From: the human T2T-CHM13v2.0 reference genome, Homo sapiens
DNA: 64,000 nucleotides
Strand: one strand, 5' to 3'
Assembly (NCBI RefSeq): GCF_009914755.1
Contig: NC_060939.1
Position numbers and translations under genes: made by a program. The notes under the pieces were generated by a model. The model made no database searches and had not been told where the DNA came from. It was given only the letters and a program-made list of their open reading frames with translations. This document shows positions 1-26,030 of the stretch, piece after piece; positions within the stretch are counted from its first letter, which is position 1; the number at the start of each line of letters is the position of its first letter.

Positions 1-796
1 TGTCTTGAGCCCATTGGTAGAGCTAGGTTACTAGAAGGGTGTAGACCCCCTTCGATAGAATAGAAAGAAGAAAGATGGCTTGGCAGGCATGTGGGGCCAG
101 GGTGCATGTGTCCGATTTTCTGCATACTTTGGCAGTCGCTTTGGTTACTGCATGTGGCTGTGATCCAACCACGGGCTTAACATACTTTCACAGCCAATTC
201 AGTTGAAAGCACTGGGAGCCATTGCACAATAAATGTTGGCCCCCTCCTCTACCCTTCCCCTTCTAGCATGTTTTACAAGATTTTGTTTTGTGACTGCCTT
301 CTAGGATGGAAGGGTTTAATTTCAGAATATTTGCAATTAAAGAATTCCTAACGTCCTAAAGCTTGCTAATCACATGTGTTAACAAGGACAGGGTATTACC
401 AATTTCAAACACCTCCAAGCCGCTTGGGGCACCCTCAGCTCATGACAGCGTGGGTTCTCTCTGAATTTGTTGGAGAAGCACTTCTGCAGTACAGAAGCAA
501 AGGAAGCTCCATGACAAATGGGAAGAATTGCCATGTTAGATGGGCACTGGGAGAGACAAAGGGAATGTGATTTGAGAAGAGGGAGTTTCGTGTTTGTTTT
601 TGTTTTTTTGGGGTTTTTTTTGCCTATTCTTAACCATGAGCAAAATCAATCTCATCTTACCGTGAGAGTCGACTTCCTGCTGGGCAATTAGTGGAGACTA
701 CTGTCCATTTCTTCTAATGCCATGACTGACTGACTGGTGTCCAGAAGCCATCCCTCTAATTAAGGTGTAGTCCCTTGGGATAGGCCTACTTTTCTT

Positions 797-1097
797 TCTT
801 TTTTTTTCTTTTTTTTTAGACGGTGTCTCGCTGTCACTCAGGCTAGAGTGCAGTGGCATGATCTCGGCTCACTGCAGGCTCCACCCCCCGGGGTTCACGC
901 CATTCTCCTGCCTCAGCCTCCTGAGTAGCTGGGACTACAGGTGCCCGCCACCACGCCCGGCTAATTTTTTTGTATTTTTAGTAGAGACGGGGTTTCACCG
1001 TGTTAGCCAGGATGGTCTCGATCTCCTGACCTCGTGATCCGTCCGCCTCGGCCTCCCAAAGTGCTGGGATTACAGGCGTGAGCCACTGCGCCCGGCC
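797..1097 (-). mobile_element. Alu (AluY-like) with 20-bp TSD
   Basis: Poly(T) plus dimer; TSD GGGATAGGCCTACTTTTCTT at 777-796 and 1098-1117. Confidence 0.93.
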
Positions 1098-1137
1098 GGG
1101 ATAGGCCTACTTTTCTTGGTAGATACTGCATGACTAT

Positions 1138-1313
1138 CATTAGCTGGGTGTGGTGGCACACGCCTGTAGTCCCAACTACTCGGCAGGCTGAGGCAGGAAA
1201 ATCACTTGAACCTGGGAGGCGAAGGTTGCAGTGAGTCGATATCATGCCACTTGCACTCCAGTTTGGATGACAGAGTGAGATGGTGTAAAAAAAAAAAAAA
1301 AGGGAAAAAGAAA
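1138..1313 (+). mobile_element. 5'-truncated Alu (right arm) with TSD
   Basis: Right arm plus A tail; TSD AGATACWGCATGACTAT at 1121-1137 and 1314-1330. Confidence 0.88.
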
Positions 1314-1469
1314 AGATACAGCATGACTATGGAACATTTGAGGCTTTTTTAAAAAACTGTGCAAAGTATTGCCCAAAAAAGAAAATGTTCGTAGGCTTTC
1401 CTCATGTTCTTTATAGAGCTACCTTGCATGCCCTTGCCTTCTGCAGTCACAATGGAATCCATCTAGTTG

Positions 1470-1694
1470 AGTGGTTCTCAATTAGAGGTGACCCCTGCCC
1501 CTTCCCAGGGGACATTTGGCAGTGTCAGGAGACATTTTTGATTGCCATGACTGGAGTAGGGGGCAGTGTGCTATGGGCGTCTAGTGGGTAGACCAGGGAT
1601 GCTGCTAAACATCCTATAACGCACTGGACAGCCCCCCAACAGCAAAGAGTTATCTGGTCCAAAATAACAGTAGTGCCAAGGTTGAGAAACCGTG
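1470..1694 (+). mobile_element. MER20 (hAT-Charlie DNA transposon)
   Basis: GTGGTTCTCAA...GGACATTTGGCAGTGTC...GCTGCTAAACATCCTA...GGTTGAGAAACC matches recalled MER20 consensus. Confidence 0.85.
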
Positions 1695-2132
1695 CTCTAG
1701 ATTGTGCAACCAGAAAGAACATAAGCTTCGCTATCATCAGACAGCACCAGAGACTCTTTTCCTTTGTGTTTCAGTCTCAGTAACTGAGGAGTTTGGCAGC
1801 CTTGAATTTTCTTGACTTCTGCTTTCAATATCTGTACCGAGCTCATGTCTTTCCTCTAGTCATCTAGGTGAACAGACTGTCACTTGGGAAAGGTTTGGGG
1901 CCTAGAACTTGAGATCTCTTACTTGACTCTATCAGTGATTCTTTCAGCCCAGCACTCCATGATATCTTTGATATCTTTGGTGATATATGAGAGAGCTTGG
2001 TTGCCCTTGTAGACATTAACCCCAAAAGGTTAAAGTGTAAATACTTGGCAGACTTGTTACCTAGTAACAGATTTAATTATTAAATCAGCATTGGTTTTGG
2101 AGCCAGAGGATGTGGATTAAGACCCTACTTCC

Positions 2133-2452
2133 CGCCAGGCGCAGTGGCTCACACCTGTAATCCCAGCACTTTGGGAGGCGGAGGCAGGCGGATCACGAGG
2201 TCAGGAGATCAAGACCATCTTGACTAACACAGTGAAACATCATCTCCGTCTCTACTAAAAATACAAAAAAAAAAAAAGTTAGCTGGGCGTGGTGGCAGGC
2301 GCCTGCGGTCCCAAGCTACTCCGGAGGCTGAGGCAGGAGAGTGGCATGAACCCGGGAGGCAGAACTTGCAGTAAGCTGAGATCACACCACTGCACTCCAG
2401 CCTGGGTGACAGAGTGAGTGTCCATCTCAAAAAAAAAAAAAGGAAAAGAAAA
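2133..2452 (+). mobile_element. Alu (AluY-like) with TSD
   Basis: Full dimer; TSD AAGACCCTRCTTCC. Confidence 0.9.
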
Positions 2453-2678
2453 AAGACCCTGCTTCCACTGCTTGCTTGCTCTAGTACTTTGGACAAGCGT
2501 TCTAATCTGCCTCTCTGAACCCATGCATCAATCTATTCCAGAGGATGATAATCCTCTCCCGCTATCCTCAGGAAGTGATTTTAAGGATATTACAAAGGTA
2601 GAAGAAAAATATGAGTGTGAAAGAGCTTTGCAGGGTTAGGGCGAATTGTCATCAACACCTAAGTCCTTTTTGAAGCTA

Positions 2679-2907
2679 CCGTCGTCCCTCACATGCAGGG
2701 GATTGGTTCCAAGACCCCCACATATACCAAAATTTGAGCATACTCAAGTCCTGCAGTCAGCTCTGTGGAACCCACATATATTAAAAGTCAGTCTTCCATA
2801 TACATGGGTTTCACATCTCGTAAATTTTGTCTTTGATCCAAGTTGGGTTGAAAATAGTTTACATATAAGTGGACCCAGGCAGTTCAAATCCACGTTGAAG
2901 GGTCAAT
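2679..2907. mobile_element. MER8-like Tigger (TcMar) element
   Basis: GTCGTCCCTC...GATTGGTTCCAAGACCCC...AAGTGGACCC...GTTCAAA...AAGGGTCAA. Confidence 0.75.
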
Positions 2908-3449
2908 CATAATTTTTCAGTCTTTATGACCTTTGTAGATAAGATGCTCCATAAATCCTACCCACTACTCTAAAACAACTCCTTTTCAGGTTTTCTAGAG
3001 CCCTGACCACACTCTGGTGTTCTGAAGTTCTCTGAAACCTTTCAGGATTATGTGAGCTTAAACCATGGCGCTTCTGAAGCTGTATCTTTCCGTATTAGCA
3101 TAGGGATATGTGTGTATTGTTCTTTAGGTAGAAGTAAGCTTTATAGATACTAAGTCCTTATAAATACACAATCACTGACTTGACTTGGGTCCTTACCCTC
3201 TCACCAGAGGCTAATTTCTCTACATGTGTCCCAGATCCCATCCCCTTCCAGGTTTCCAGGGACTTGCTCCATCAGTGAACCCTCCATTTCCTGACTCTTT
3301 GGGCTCATTCTCTTCCAGGCCTTTTCCACGTTTACGCATCTTCTCTCTGTCAGACTTAAAAACAAGCAAACAACAACAAAAACCTTTAATCTTAAATTTT
3401 ACCTGAGTCAGTTGTTAACAAGGAAATGAGAGACCACTTTTAAAAAATT

Positions 3450-5455
<2,006 letters not shown>

Positions 5456-5514
5456 CTGGTTTCTTCCACTTTCTATGGTTTATTCTGTTCCTTTTTAAAT
5501 GCAAAGGCTCCATT

Positions 5515-8545
<3,031 letters not shown>

Positions 8546-8667
8546 TGATTTGATCGAGTTTTATTTATTTAGCCTTTATGTCCTTTGCTGGTCTAGAAAT
8601 TATACTTTTCTGTTTTTATTCTTCTATTGGTTACTTTTAGATTGTAATTTATATTCTTTTTACACTA

Positions 8668-10390
<1,723 letters not shown>

Positions 10391-10552
10391 GGTGTGCTGT
10401 GCTTTCAAACATTGGTACCTTAGAAATTCTAGTTTTAACATCTACCTCTCCAATCCTATTTACCAGTTTATAGTGGCCAGTATTTTAGTTCTAATTTGTT
10501 TTAACCCGTCCCCAAATTAGTTTTTTTCCCCTCACAGTTATTATTTATTTAG

Positions 10553-11995
<1,443 letters not shown>

Positions 11996-13787
11996 TTTCA
12001 ACTTACTTTTATTCCACTTGGGTCTCTGTCTGCTCCTTCAATCTGGTTTGTGTCTTTTTTTTTTTTTTTTTTTTGGTTACTATTTTTTCTTAACCAGTAT
12101 TCTAATAGAAGTATTTGAACCTCCTCATTCAGTCTCCTGTGCGTCTTTTCTTTTAAAATCTTATGTATTTATATCATTCTCCTGCATTCTGGATTATTTT
12201 CACATTTAATTTTCTAATTTCTAATTCTGTCTTCAGCTCTATCTGTTCTACTTTATGGCTCTTTAAAAAATGGTTTGTCGTAATTATTGTGTTTGTTTAT
12301 AAATTTTTTGGCATTTAAAAATCTGCCTGTTTTTACTTTATGGTTTCTATTCCTTCAGCTCTTTGAACATCTTTGACTTTTTAAAACTTTATATTGGAAT
12401 TGCTAAAACTCATTTATGGAAATTTCATACATACAAAAAAAAAAGAATAGTAATGAACCATCTGTGTTCTTTAATCAGCTTTCAACAAGTATCAACAGTC
12501 TGCCATTCTTTTTAAACATGCTTATTTTAAAGATGCTTTTAGAGTCTATTATTATCTCTAATTCTTGGGGTGCAAGTTCTTCCTGTGTCATGTTACTGTC
12601 CCTTAAGATGGTTTATTTCCTCTTGGTTTGTTTTTGTTTTTTTTCCAGTGTAAATTCATTTTGAGTGGGGATTTGTTTCTGTAGGAATCCCATGTGCCTT
12701 GGATGGTGGAAGCATTCCTAAGGGGAGTTTTGTTTTTCCCTCTGCTGGGGCTGCACAAGTTTAGCTCGTTGCATTGGTTTGGGTAGTGTGAATTTGAAGC
12801 CTACATCTGTGCCTAGTGAGAGCCCCTCAATATGAGTCCCCTGCCAGATGGCACGGTTCCTTGCAGCTTCGCCGGGCTGGTGGGCAGTGTTTTTAGGCCC
12901 AGTTTATGGCGGGCCATGTAGTCTCTCATGGCCTCTGGCTTTATGCAGTTGTTTCTGTTCTGGTTCCTGGCATGCAGGGGCCTACAGCCTGGACTCCCTT
13001 CTCTTGGGGTTGATTCAGTCTCCAGCTCTCAGTTCAGCACTCGGCTCTTAAGAACCCTATTCGGGTCATGTTCTCCCTTGAGCCCTTCAGCTTTGCCACT
13101 TGCTCACTGATTGCTACCATTTTGTTTCTGCTGCTGTGGACTCTGCTTTCTTTCTGGGTTTCAAGCTCAGCTATGTATGCAACGGGTAGAGTGTTAAATG
13201 TTATCCAGCTTTTCTATGTGAGGTTTTCTTTGGGGAAGAAGCGAGGGAGATGGTGGAGTTCCTTCACATCAGACTATCCTCACTCACAGTTTTGTTTGCT
13301 TGTTTTCTTGTTTTTGTTTTTTAATAACTAAGACTTTTTGACCTCTTATGTGCCAAGTACCTTATTTCATTTCATTGTGTGAGGCAGGTCCTAATATTAT
13401 CCCCTTTATGTGTTTGTTTTATTTACAGATGAGGGAAAAGGTCAAGTGGGAAGCTTGTGGTCTCACAGTTGGGAAGCTGGCTAGTGAACCCAGGTGGTCT
13501 GACTTCTAGCTCCATATTCCCTCTTGCTCCCTTCCAGATAGAACAGGAGAAAAATAATCTTTCCTTAGTGGTTTTATTACTCTGCAAATGACTTTTACTT
13601 ATTTTTTCTGATTGTCAAGGTAATGCAGGCTCATTTTAGAAAACATGGAAAATGTAAAAATTTGTAAAGAAGAAAATACAATCACTACAGCCACATAACT
13701 TAGATTTAATATAACTATAAACATTTGTTGTACTTGCGTTTTGAAGAAAAATGCCTACTATAGATACAGTTTTAAATTTTATATACA

Positions 13788-14114
<327 letters not shown>

Positions 14115-15429
14115 ATTTATATACAATTTTGTGCTTAACTTTTATCACCTAACAGGCCTTGAGCAATTTAAAGTATTACTTTAAAATATTTTAGTTTTCA
14201 AAGTATATTACAGAAGTAATAATAACTCAAATAATTTTAGAAATTTGGAAATGTATGAAATAAAAGTCTGACTCTTCAGGTGTAATTGTTAACAGTTTGG
14301 TCTACACCTTCTTGGAGCTTTTTCTTTTCACAAATATATTTTGTCTGTTCTACATATTGTTCTACCACTTGCTTTTGTACTCTGCTCTGGCAGTCCTCCA
14401 TGAGTGTTCATGAAGATCTATTTTTCGTGTTTTTATAATTATTTATTTAAAATCACATAAGCGGTATGAATAGGTGCTCATGAAAATTAAAACAATATGG
14501 AAAAATACAGAGTAAAAATTCGTAGTTAAAAAAATACCATGGTGTCCTGTTGCCTGTCCTGTGTCCTTACACCTCACAAGTAGGAGTGAATCAGCTTCTA
14601 GGACTGTTTCTGTGTATTTACTGACTGAAGTGTGCAGTCACAGAACATGTGAGTGTGAATGTACTTGTGTATGTGTGTGTAGTATGTGTAACCCTATGCC
14701 CTGGTATATGTATTTCTGTGGTGGGATAGATTATTATAGATGTTGATTAGGTGTCTATGTATATGTTAGCTTTTCAATATATACTGTTAATTACCCTCAA
14801 AGATATTACTCCGCTTTGCTACCGGTGATATATTTTCCCAAACCCTTGTCAACATTGGTTATTATCAGTCCTTTTATTTTTGCTGTCTTTTCATATGTTT
14901 ATGAAACTCCTGGGCTCAAGCAATCCTTGTGCTTCAGCCTCCCAAAGTGCTGGGATTATAGGTGTGACCCACCGTGCCCAGCCCGTAGTTTGTCTTTCAA
15001 CTTGATGTGTGGTTCTTTAATCAAGTAGGGGTTTAAAATTTTGATATAGCTAAATTTATTGATTTTTCTCTTTATGGTTTCTGTCATACTTGAGAAGGCC
15101 TTTCCCTAAGATTACAAAAAATATTCTCTATTCTTAATACTTTATGGTTGTGTTTTTAATCGTAGCTCTTTACTACATCTAGAATGAATGAGAAGGATGA
15201 ATAGAATGAATAGGAATCAAGTGTGTTTAAAGAGTATTGCTATTTTTGATGGCTGCATAATGTTTTATCACATGGATAGCACCTTCATGTGTTGCCCATT
15301 CCCTTAATGTCAGACATTTAGACTGCTTTAAATTTTTTACTCTTATAAATAAAATTATACTGTATTTCTAGTTATTTCCTTAGGATAGAGTCATAGACCA
15401 GAATTACAAGATCAGGAGGAGACTAAGAA

Positions 15430-15650
15430 AGTGAGGCAGTTATAAGCAGGGACTTAAAGCTGCCCTGCCTGCAATTGATTCCCAACTCCACCATTTGGTC
15501 ACTTTGTAACCAAGTCACTGGACTTCCTTTTGCTTTGGTTTTCTCATCTGAAGAGTAGGGATAATAATAGTACCCACTTCAGAGCACTGTGCTGAGGATT
15601 AAATGTCAATACATATAAAATGCTGGAATAGTGCCTGGCAGGTAGTTAGC
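15430..15650 (+). mobile_element. MIR
   Basis: Core TTTCTCATCTG...GGGATAATAATAGTACC...GAGGATTAAATG...GTGCCTGGCA. Confidence 0.75.
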
Positions 15651-16573
<923 letters not shown>

Positions 16574-18451
16574 TGTACTCAATTATTAGTTGTTGCTGCT
16601 GCTGTTTTTATTGTGATAGGCATTTTAAGGCAAGTGACTTTCCAGAAAGTCATACTATTTTATATTTCCAGTATGGGAATATGGGAGATCCCATTGTACC
16701 AACCCTTGTTGTCACTGAAAATTATTTTTTGAAGCTTTGCTAATTTTACATATGAATCATGGGCCCCTTTTTTAAAAATACAAATTCTTATGTTTAGCTC
16801 TTGGGCCTTAAAATTTACCTGCTATCTTTAGGAAATGACTTATATTGCCTTCTAGACCCCTTTTCTAGAGTTGTCGTTTAGAACTAGCAGCCCACCTTCT
16901 TTTAAGTGTGTTCTGATTTTCCCCCCAGATTATTCACTTAGCTTGTGCTGAGTCTCCTAAGTTTATTCCCGTTGGCTTGTTCTTCAGGTATCAACATTCA
17001 TTTGAGCCTCGACCACCTGTCAGGCCCTGTGCTTGATGCACCAGCCTCACAGAGGAGTCAATCACTATCCCCATGTGAGAGAGCCTCAGCCTGGTAGAGG
17101 TGGCCGGTGGCATAGGGACAGTTGTCATCAGAGAAGGAATGTGTATATCATAGTAGCACCCCAGGATGGGGGTGTGGACCTGGAGGAAGCCTTAGGAGAA
17201 GCTCTGAGAAATCTGTGAATGCAGCTGACTTTTAAACACAAACTGTGACTGTGTTCTGCCTGAGGACACCCAAACTTGTGGAATCCCAAATTTGAAAATA
17301 AAGGAGGGATTTTTTAACTTTGTAAAGTAACTTATGATAGTAATTTTTAAAAATGTTGTTCTTCCTATACATTTAAAATGTGTTGTTTGGGGGGAAAAAA
17401 AAGTTTTATGAAACTTTTGGGCAAGTTTCCAACCTCTTAGGTCTGTTTCCTTTCTGTCACCAGCGGGTCCATTGAAGTGTTCTTGTGCTGGGCTCTCCAA
17501 CTCTGACTTTGTGCAACTCTGTGTGGAGCCTCTGTGGTGTGGATGGATGTCAGCAACCATTGTGGAAGTTCAGGTGGTAGCTCAAGGGTTGGAGTAAGCC
17601 GTAGTGCTGCCAAGTCAGATTCTGCAGAGAAAAGGAGCTAGGACTTACTTACCTCTGTGGCTCTCGGACTTGGACTTGGCTGGGCCAGTTCATGCCTTGG
17701 TATCAGGGTGTCCTCATCACCAACAATGTATTTTAGTTTTTCTGCCACCTTTGGTAGGAACATCTATTTCTGGGAAGTCTTCTTGATCATTGCATGGAGT
17801 GATTCTGTGCTTAGTGGAAAGGTGGGACCGCTGCCCTCTCTTCCTCCCCTGCTCTGCCCGCTTTCTACAGCTTAATCAGAGAAGTGTCCTTTAGCTCTTT
17901 TCCAAGCCACTGAGTTTGAATTGATCTCCGCTGCTAGCAAGAGGTGGGAAGGCTCTTTCTGGTTCCTGCTAAAGTTACCTGACAGCGGAAGGTGTGCATC
18001 TGATAATTATAACTCTAGTGTTTCCAAGGCCTGAGCGATTTAGTTAAGAGCACTAATCCTGATCTTATCAAGAGGGTTTTGTAGTCCAACAGTGTTGCTT
18101 ATAACAGTATCTGTTTTACTTCCTGGGGCTCCCCTCCCCTCTTAGGATTCTCCTGTAATCCTGCCCATTATGCCTTGTGCATGTCTCATTACCTCCTGAA
18201 ATCAGTTAAAACTGGTATGAGGGCAAAGAGCATTTTTTCTTTTCTTCATACCAAGATCTGAGAATTGGATTTTTAACATTACATCATTAATCAGGCCAGC
18301 AGTAGAGTAGTCACAAATGTGGTATACGTAATGCCTGCAGAGCCATGGATCTGGCCAATGATAAGATAGTTTATTTGTTGCTTATTAAAAACAACAACAG
18401 CCACAGTCAGCCCAAATGCTTTAGTTACATTTTGTATTTTGGAGCAGTTAG

Positions 18452-20516
<2,065 letters not shown>

Positions 20517-23500
20517 GAGACTAAATAAATTTTGTGAAGGTGTCCGTTCTATGAGAAATTCTCTATGATTTCAGTGCAGCCTGGTTCCAAATCTTCATTG
20601 TAGGGTGGAAAGCAAATGATAAGTCGTGACAAATGGTTCAGATTAATCTAGAAAATAATATAATTTTTAAAATAAAAAAAGAGCATAATTGCATTTTGTA
20701 ATTGTTTGTCTCTCTCTCTCTCCATTAGACAGTAAGCTCCATGAGGTGATCATCTGTCTTGTTCCTTTTCCTTCAGAACCTTTTACCATAACTGGTAAAT
20801 TCTAGGTGATCAAGTGTTTGTACATGAATGAATATAATGGAAAAAAAAGGAAAAGTGAAAATCCCCCAGTTCCAATCCGATTAGGTGTCTATGTACATTT
20901 GTATGTTTCTGTTATTTTTTTTTTCAACAAAAATGGGCCACTAAAGCAGTCTAAAACATTGATTTAATCATGTGCTTTCCTGTCCAGAAAACATCCACTG
21001 CCTCCCCACTGTTCACAGTTCAGAGTTTAAATTTCCTTCTGGTATTCAAGGCATCTCACAGCCCCTTTCAACTTTAACTATTCAGACTTTCTGTCCTTAT
21101 ATCCTCCCTGTCAAAACATGCCTTGTTTATACCCCACTCCATGCTCATTTAGACTGCAAATCTCCCTTCAACCCATTCTTCAAGGCCAGCTTAACCTCCA
21201 CCTCTAAGCCATCCAGCCTTTTCTTCTACCTCCTGAGTACCTTGGGTTTTCCTATTTGTTGTCTTGCTATTATATGCTATATGTGTTCAGTTTGTTTTTC
21301 CAACTTCATGGTAAGACTCCCAGTGGTGGGAACAATTTTTTTTTTTTTTAGTGGTATTCTCAGCAGCTTGCACAATGCTCTACCTGGGGTAGGTTCTCAG
21401 GAAATCTGTGTTGAATAAACTTGTCATCAGGTCTTTGCTTCTCAGGACAGAAAGGGCCCCTAGAGACCATCTCATCCACCCTGTCTCATGTTGGATTCCA
21501 CGCCATGACATGCCATACAGATAGTCATCCAGAGACAGGAAGTTGCCCACCTCCTGGGAAGCTCACTCCATTACCAGGCAGTTCTACTTGTTTTAAAAAG
21601 TCCTTCTGTAGACCTGAAATCTTCCTCAGGGTAACTTCTGCCTATCACACTAGTTGTGCCCTCTGGAGCTTTAGAAGAAAGGAGGAAAAAGCCTAGTTTC
21701 TCTTCACTCACTACCTTTAGATTTTCAAAGATAGTCTGTTTATTTCCCCTGTGTGCTGTTGAAATGGGTTCCAGGGTTGAGATGCTGGAGAAGCACTATT
21801 CTAATTTTGAGTAGCAGTCAGGTCAGACCTTGATTCATTATTTTTGAAGGCCTGTGTGTGCATGTCACAGTGTAAGCTGCCATCTTCCTCTGGTCCATTC
21901 AGAGGTGTAGCCCTCTTCTCTTTTTCTCCTCTCCCCTGATCCTCTGTCTTCTGGGGGAAGATGGGCCCATTCTACTGGAATGGTCTATTTTGGAGGGAGG
22001 GGTAAAAAGTTAGCAATTCTTATTTCAGTACCGCCAGATAACTCTCCTGGGCAAGCATTGTGTGAGGGCTGCTTTTCGTTTGGCTAAAGTGCCCAGGTGA
22101 AGCCATGAGATAAAGCAAAGATAAAAGAGTCTCCCATTGATAGGAGCTGCCCAGTGCCATGACATGGGCATTTCAGGCATCTCTGGACAGAGGATTTTAT
22201 TCTCACTTCCTTTTCTTCTTTTCTCCCTTCCTGATCTCCTTACCCAGAACACTTCGTGTTATTCTTTCAAACTACAAGTCAGTATGGTGTAACAGCGAGA
22301 GCCAGACAGACCTAGGTTTACATCCTGGCACTGTCACTAAGAAGCTCTGAGACCCTGAGCAGGTTATTTGAGCTCTTTGAGCCATTGTTTTCCCATTTCT
22401 AAAATAACCACTTCTACATTATAGAATTAAGTGAGAAAATGCTTGTAAGGCTCCTGGTACAATCCTTAGTATGCAGAAGGCACACAAACACTAGCTTCCT
22501 GCTACCTTTTCTCTTTCCCCCAACCTTCTTTTCCTGGGGAAAATTAGCTGAATGTAGGTATAGTAGCCAAAGCTAGTCTTGGGTGTGTATTTGGGAGCAA
22601 ACTATCAGTTTCCTGTGAGCTCCTGGAGAGATCAAAGATGTTAAAAGACAGTTCTCAAGTAGGAGAGGCTGAGAAGGCTGTAAATGGCAGTAAGTGGCCA
22701 CTCTGGCTACTGTTGACTTCCCACACACGTTTCTGGGCTATATAATACTGCTGCCTGCTGCTGATGGTGTAACAAAGCCTGTTCCCTGGGCAGGTTAAAC
22801 TTGCATGCAGCAACCCTTCAACTGAAATGCTTTCCTCATCAACCTCTTTTGATCCCTAAAATGTTGAGCTGTCTCTTTTTGGGTTTGTTTTCCCCACCCT
22901 CCATCTGCCTCTGCTGTTCCCTGCTTTCTTCCACCATTACAGTCTCAGTCAGCCACAGTCAGCATCCGAGAAAAAATTATTTCTGGGCTGATAATTTTCT
23001 AGTAGTCACACCCATACTCTATTGATAGGCCAAGAAACCTGCTGCACACAAACTTGAATTGCATAAGTGAGCCATGTTTTACAGCAGTTGATCAGAGTTA
23101 AGAACCAAGAAAATAACTGGTTAAGCCTGTAACCCACCCAATGAAAGGGGGAGGGGAAGACGGAGGAGCTGTGGGGTTGGAGGTCCCACAGGGGAGCCCA
23201 TCTCTGTCTTTTAGCAGATATATCGGTGCTCCCTCTTCATTATTATTATTATTATTATTATTTTTGGTAGAGATGGAGTCTCCCTGACCAGCCTGGCCAA
23301 CATGGCAAAACCCCATCTCTACCAAAAATACAAAAATTAGCCGGGCGTACTGGCATGTACCTGTAGTCCCAGCTACTCAGGAGGCTGACGCAGGAGAATC
23401 GCCTGAACCTAAGAGGCAGAGGTCGCAGTGACCTGAGATCATGCCACTGCACTCCAGCCTACAAGAAAGAGACAGTCTTCCTATATTGCTCAGGTTGGTC

Positions 23501-24358
23501 TTAAAGTGCTGGAATTACAGGCAAGAGCCACCATGCCCAGCTGGTCAGTGCTTTCTATGTGCTCAGGGCTGGAGATACCCAGACGAGTAACTGAACACAG
23601 GTGGTAGAGCCCAGAGGAGAAAGGTGTTGAATCTGCCTGGTGGGCAGAGGCAGGAGGCTCTGCTAGACTGCGAAAGGCAGGCAGGGCTCAGGAATTACTC
23701 TCACCTCAGCCAGAAGATCCTGTGAAGTGGGACCAAAGTTTAACTGCCTTAAGACAAAGAATGGAATGCACGTTGGACATTTTTACATCAGCCCCAGCTG
23801 AATTGACCATCCTTGCCTTGGAGCTGGACGAAAGAAAATACCTCCTCTCTGGGCAACTATTTTCCCCACATTTTCTTTAAATAGAGTAACTGACAGTTCC
23901 TATCTGTGGAATGGGTCCAACAGTGGGATTACTCAAAGAGTTCGGTGTCTCATTTCTTTCCTGCTCTGGCAAGTCTTCCTGACCTCTGTGGTCACCAAGC
24001 TGGAGGCATTTTAAGCTAAGTGGGTCACACTTAGTGGGCTCTGTGCAAGGCCTCACCATCTGACTGTCAGATTCTCTTGCAGGTTGGACAAAGCTGGAGA
24101 AGCCAAGAGGACCCTACCAGCCCCAGCCCCCATCCTGCCAAGGCATTCTCCATGTGTGGAGCCGAGCGCTCACACTTGGGTGTTTATTTTCACACATAGT
24201 CACATAGTGGTCACACTAGCGTGCTTGTTTTCACACTGCTGTCCTTCTGTGGAAAGCCCTGTCTGACTTTTTAGGTTGTGGATTCCACCCTTTCCACCCA
24301 ACTGAGTGTTAAATAGTTTTTGAGTGAGCATTCAGAGTGCTTGGAAGTTACTATAATT

Positions 24359-24399
<41 letters not shown>

Positions 24400-25627
24400 G
24401 TTTTCATCTCTCTTGGTGACTGATAGAGAAAGAGTCCTTCTGTGAATGAGATCAGCTTCAGAGCTCTCGCCAGAGAATTGGGAATTGAGCTGCCGCAGTA
24501 AACAGCTGACATAACAGAAGCGGCAATGATCCCCCATTAAATGTCTTTCAACTGATAGGGGCTCCTGGGATAATTGACTTTCCAGCAGGAATTACTGGCT
24601 CAAACAAAATCACTGGGCATTAGGGCAACCTACTGCATCCTTTGAAAGGGGGAATGTAACTCTGTCTGGTTTTGCTGACCTGACAGGCATAATTCATCTT
24701 GATTATTCATTGTGCTAGTTGCCACCAGATGACACCAGATTTCTGGTGACTGTAATTACAATGTGGGATGAGCTTTAACTTTTTTTTCTTTTTAAACAAT
24801 GTTCCTCCCACTTGGCTATTGGCTCCCCTGTGCTGAAGGTGCTGTAGGAAGGGATCCAACAATGTCTGCCTTGAGAGATGATGAGTGCATGGTCAGATAG
24901 CATTTACCAAGCACTTCCATACACACATCTTTTACTAGATAAGCAGGGAAACAATTTGATGTAGTCTGTTTCATTTTAACTGACAGAGTGTCACTTCTTA
25001 GTTATACTTATGTCACTGTGTGCCAGATTGCTGCTATCGGAAAGTGGGTCTTCATCTCAGAGCCCACTGTGAATAGGGGAAGCAAAGTTGGCCCCAAAAT
25101 ATAACTGCATAATGCCTTCTGCTTTCAGACAAGCTTTATTAAAGGGGCAGGTGGAAGAGAGTGGAATTCAACCAAGCTTTTATTTCGTTGACATGGTTTT
25201 AGAAGAAGATTCCTGAGTAGTCCAAAGAATGTTCTCCCAAGAAACCACTGCTCCCCAGCCCCACATGTCCTTTCCTCACCACATACACACCCCAGCCAGC
25301 TGGGTGGCATGGTACGCATGCACCTGTGGTCCTGTGGGAGAAATGAATATGACAGGTTCAGTGTGTCCAGGCCACTGGGACCTCCACTGACCAGTGGGTC
25401 GGGGTGAACAAGAGAGTTATACTGTGAGAGTTCATACCCTCACTAGCACAAAGACTTTTTGACCCCCCTGTAAGGTATGTGTATGTTTTTTGAAGAGGTG
25501 CTTAATTGGTGTGCCAGGCAATGTGCTATGTGCCTGATGACAAAGATAAATAAGATACCTTTCCTTTCAAGGAGCTTACCATATGGTGAGGATGACAGAT
25601 ACTTCCCAAGTAATATGTTAAAATCTA

Positions 25628-26030
<403 letters not shown>

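Noticed and set aside
24362-24397. A36 tract as a retrocopy tail
   Set aside because: No recognisable upstream retroelement or TSD; treated as a simple repeat.
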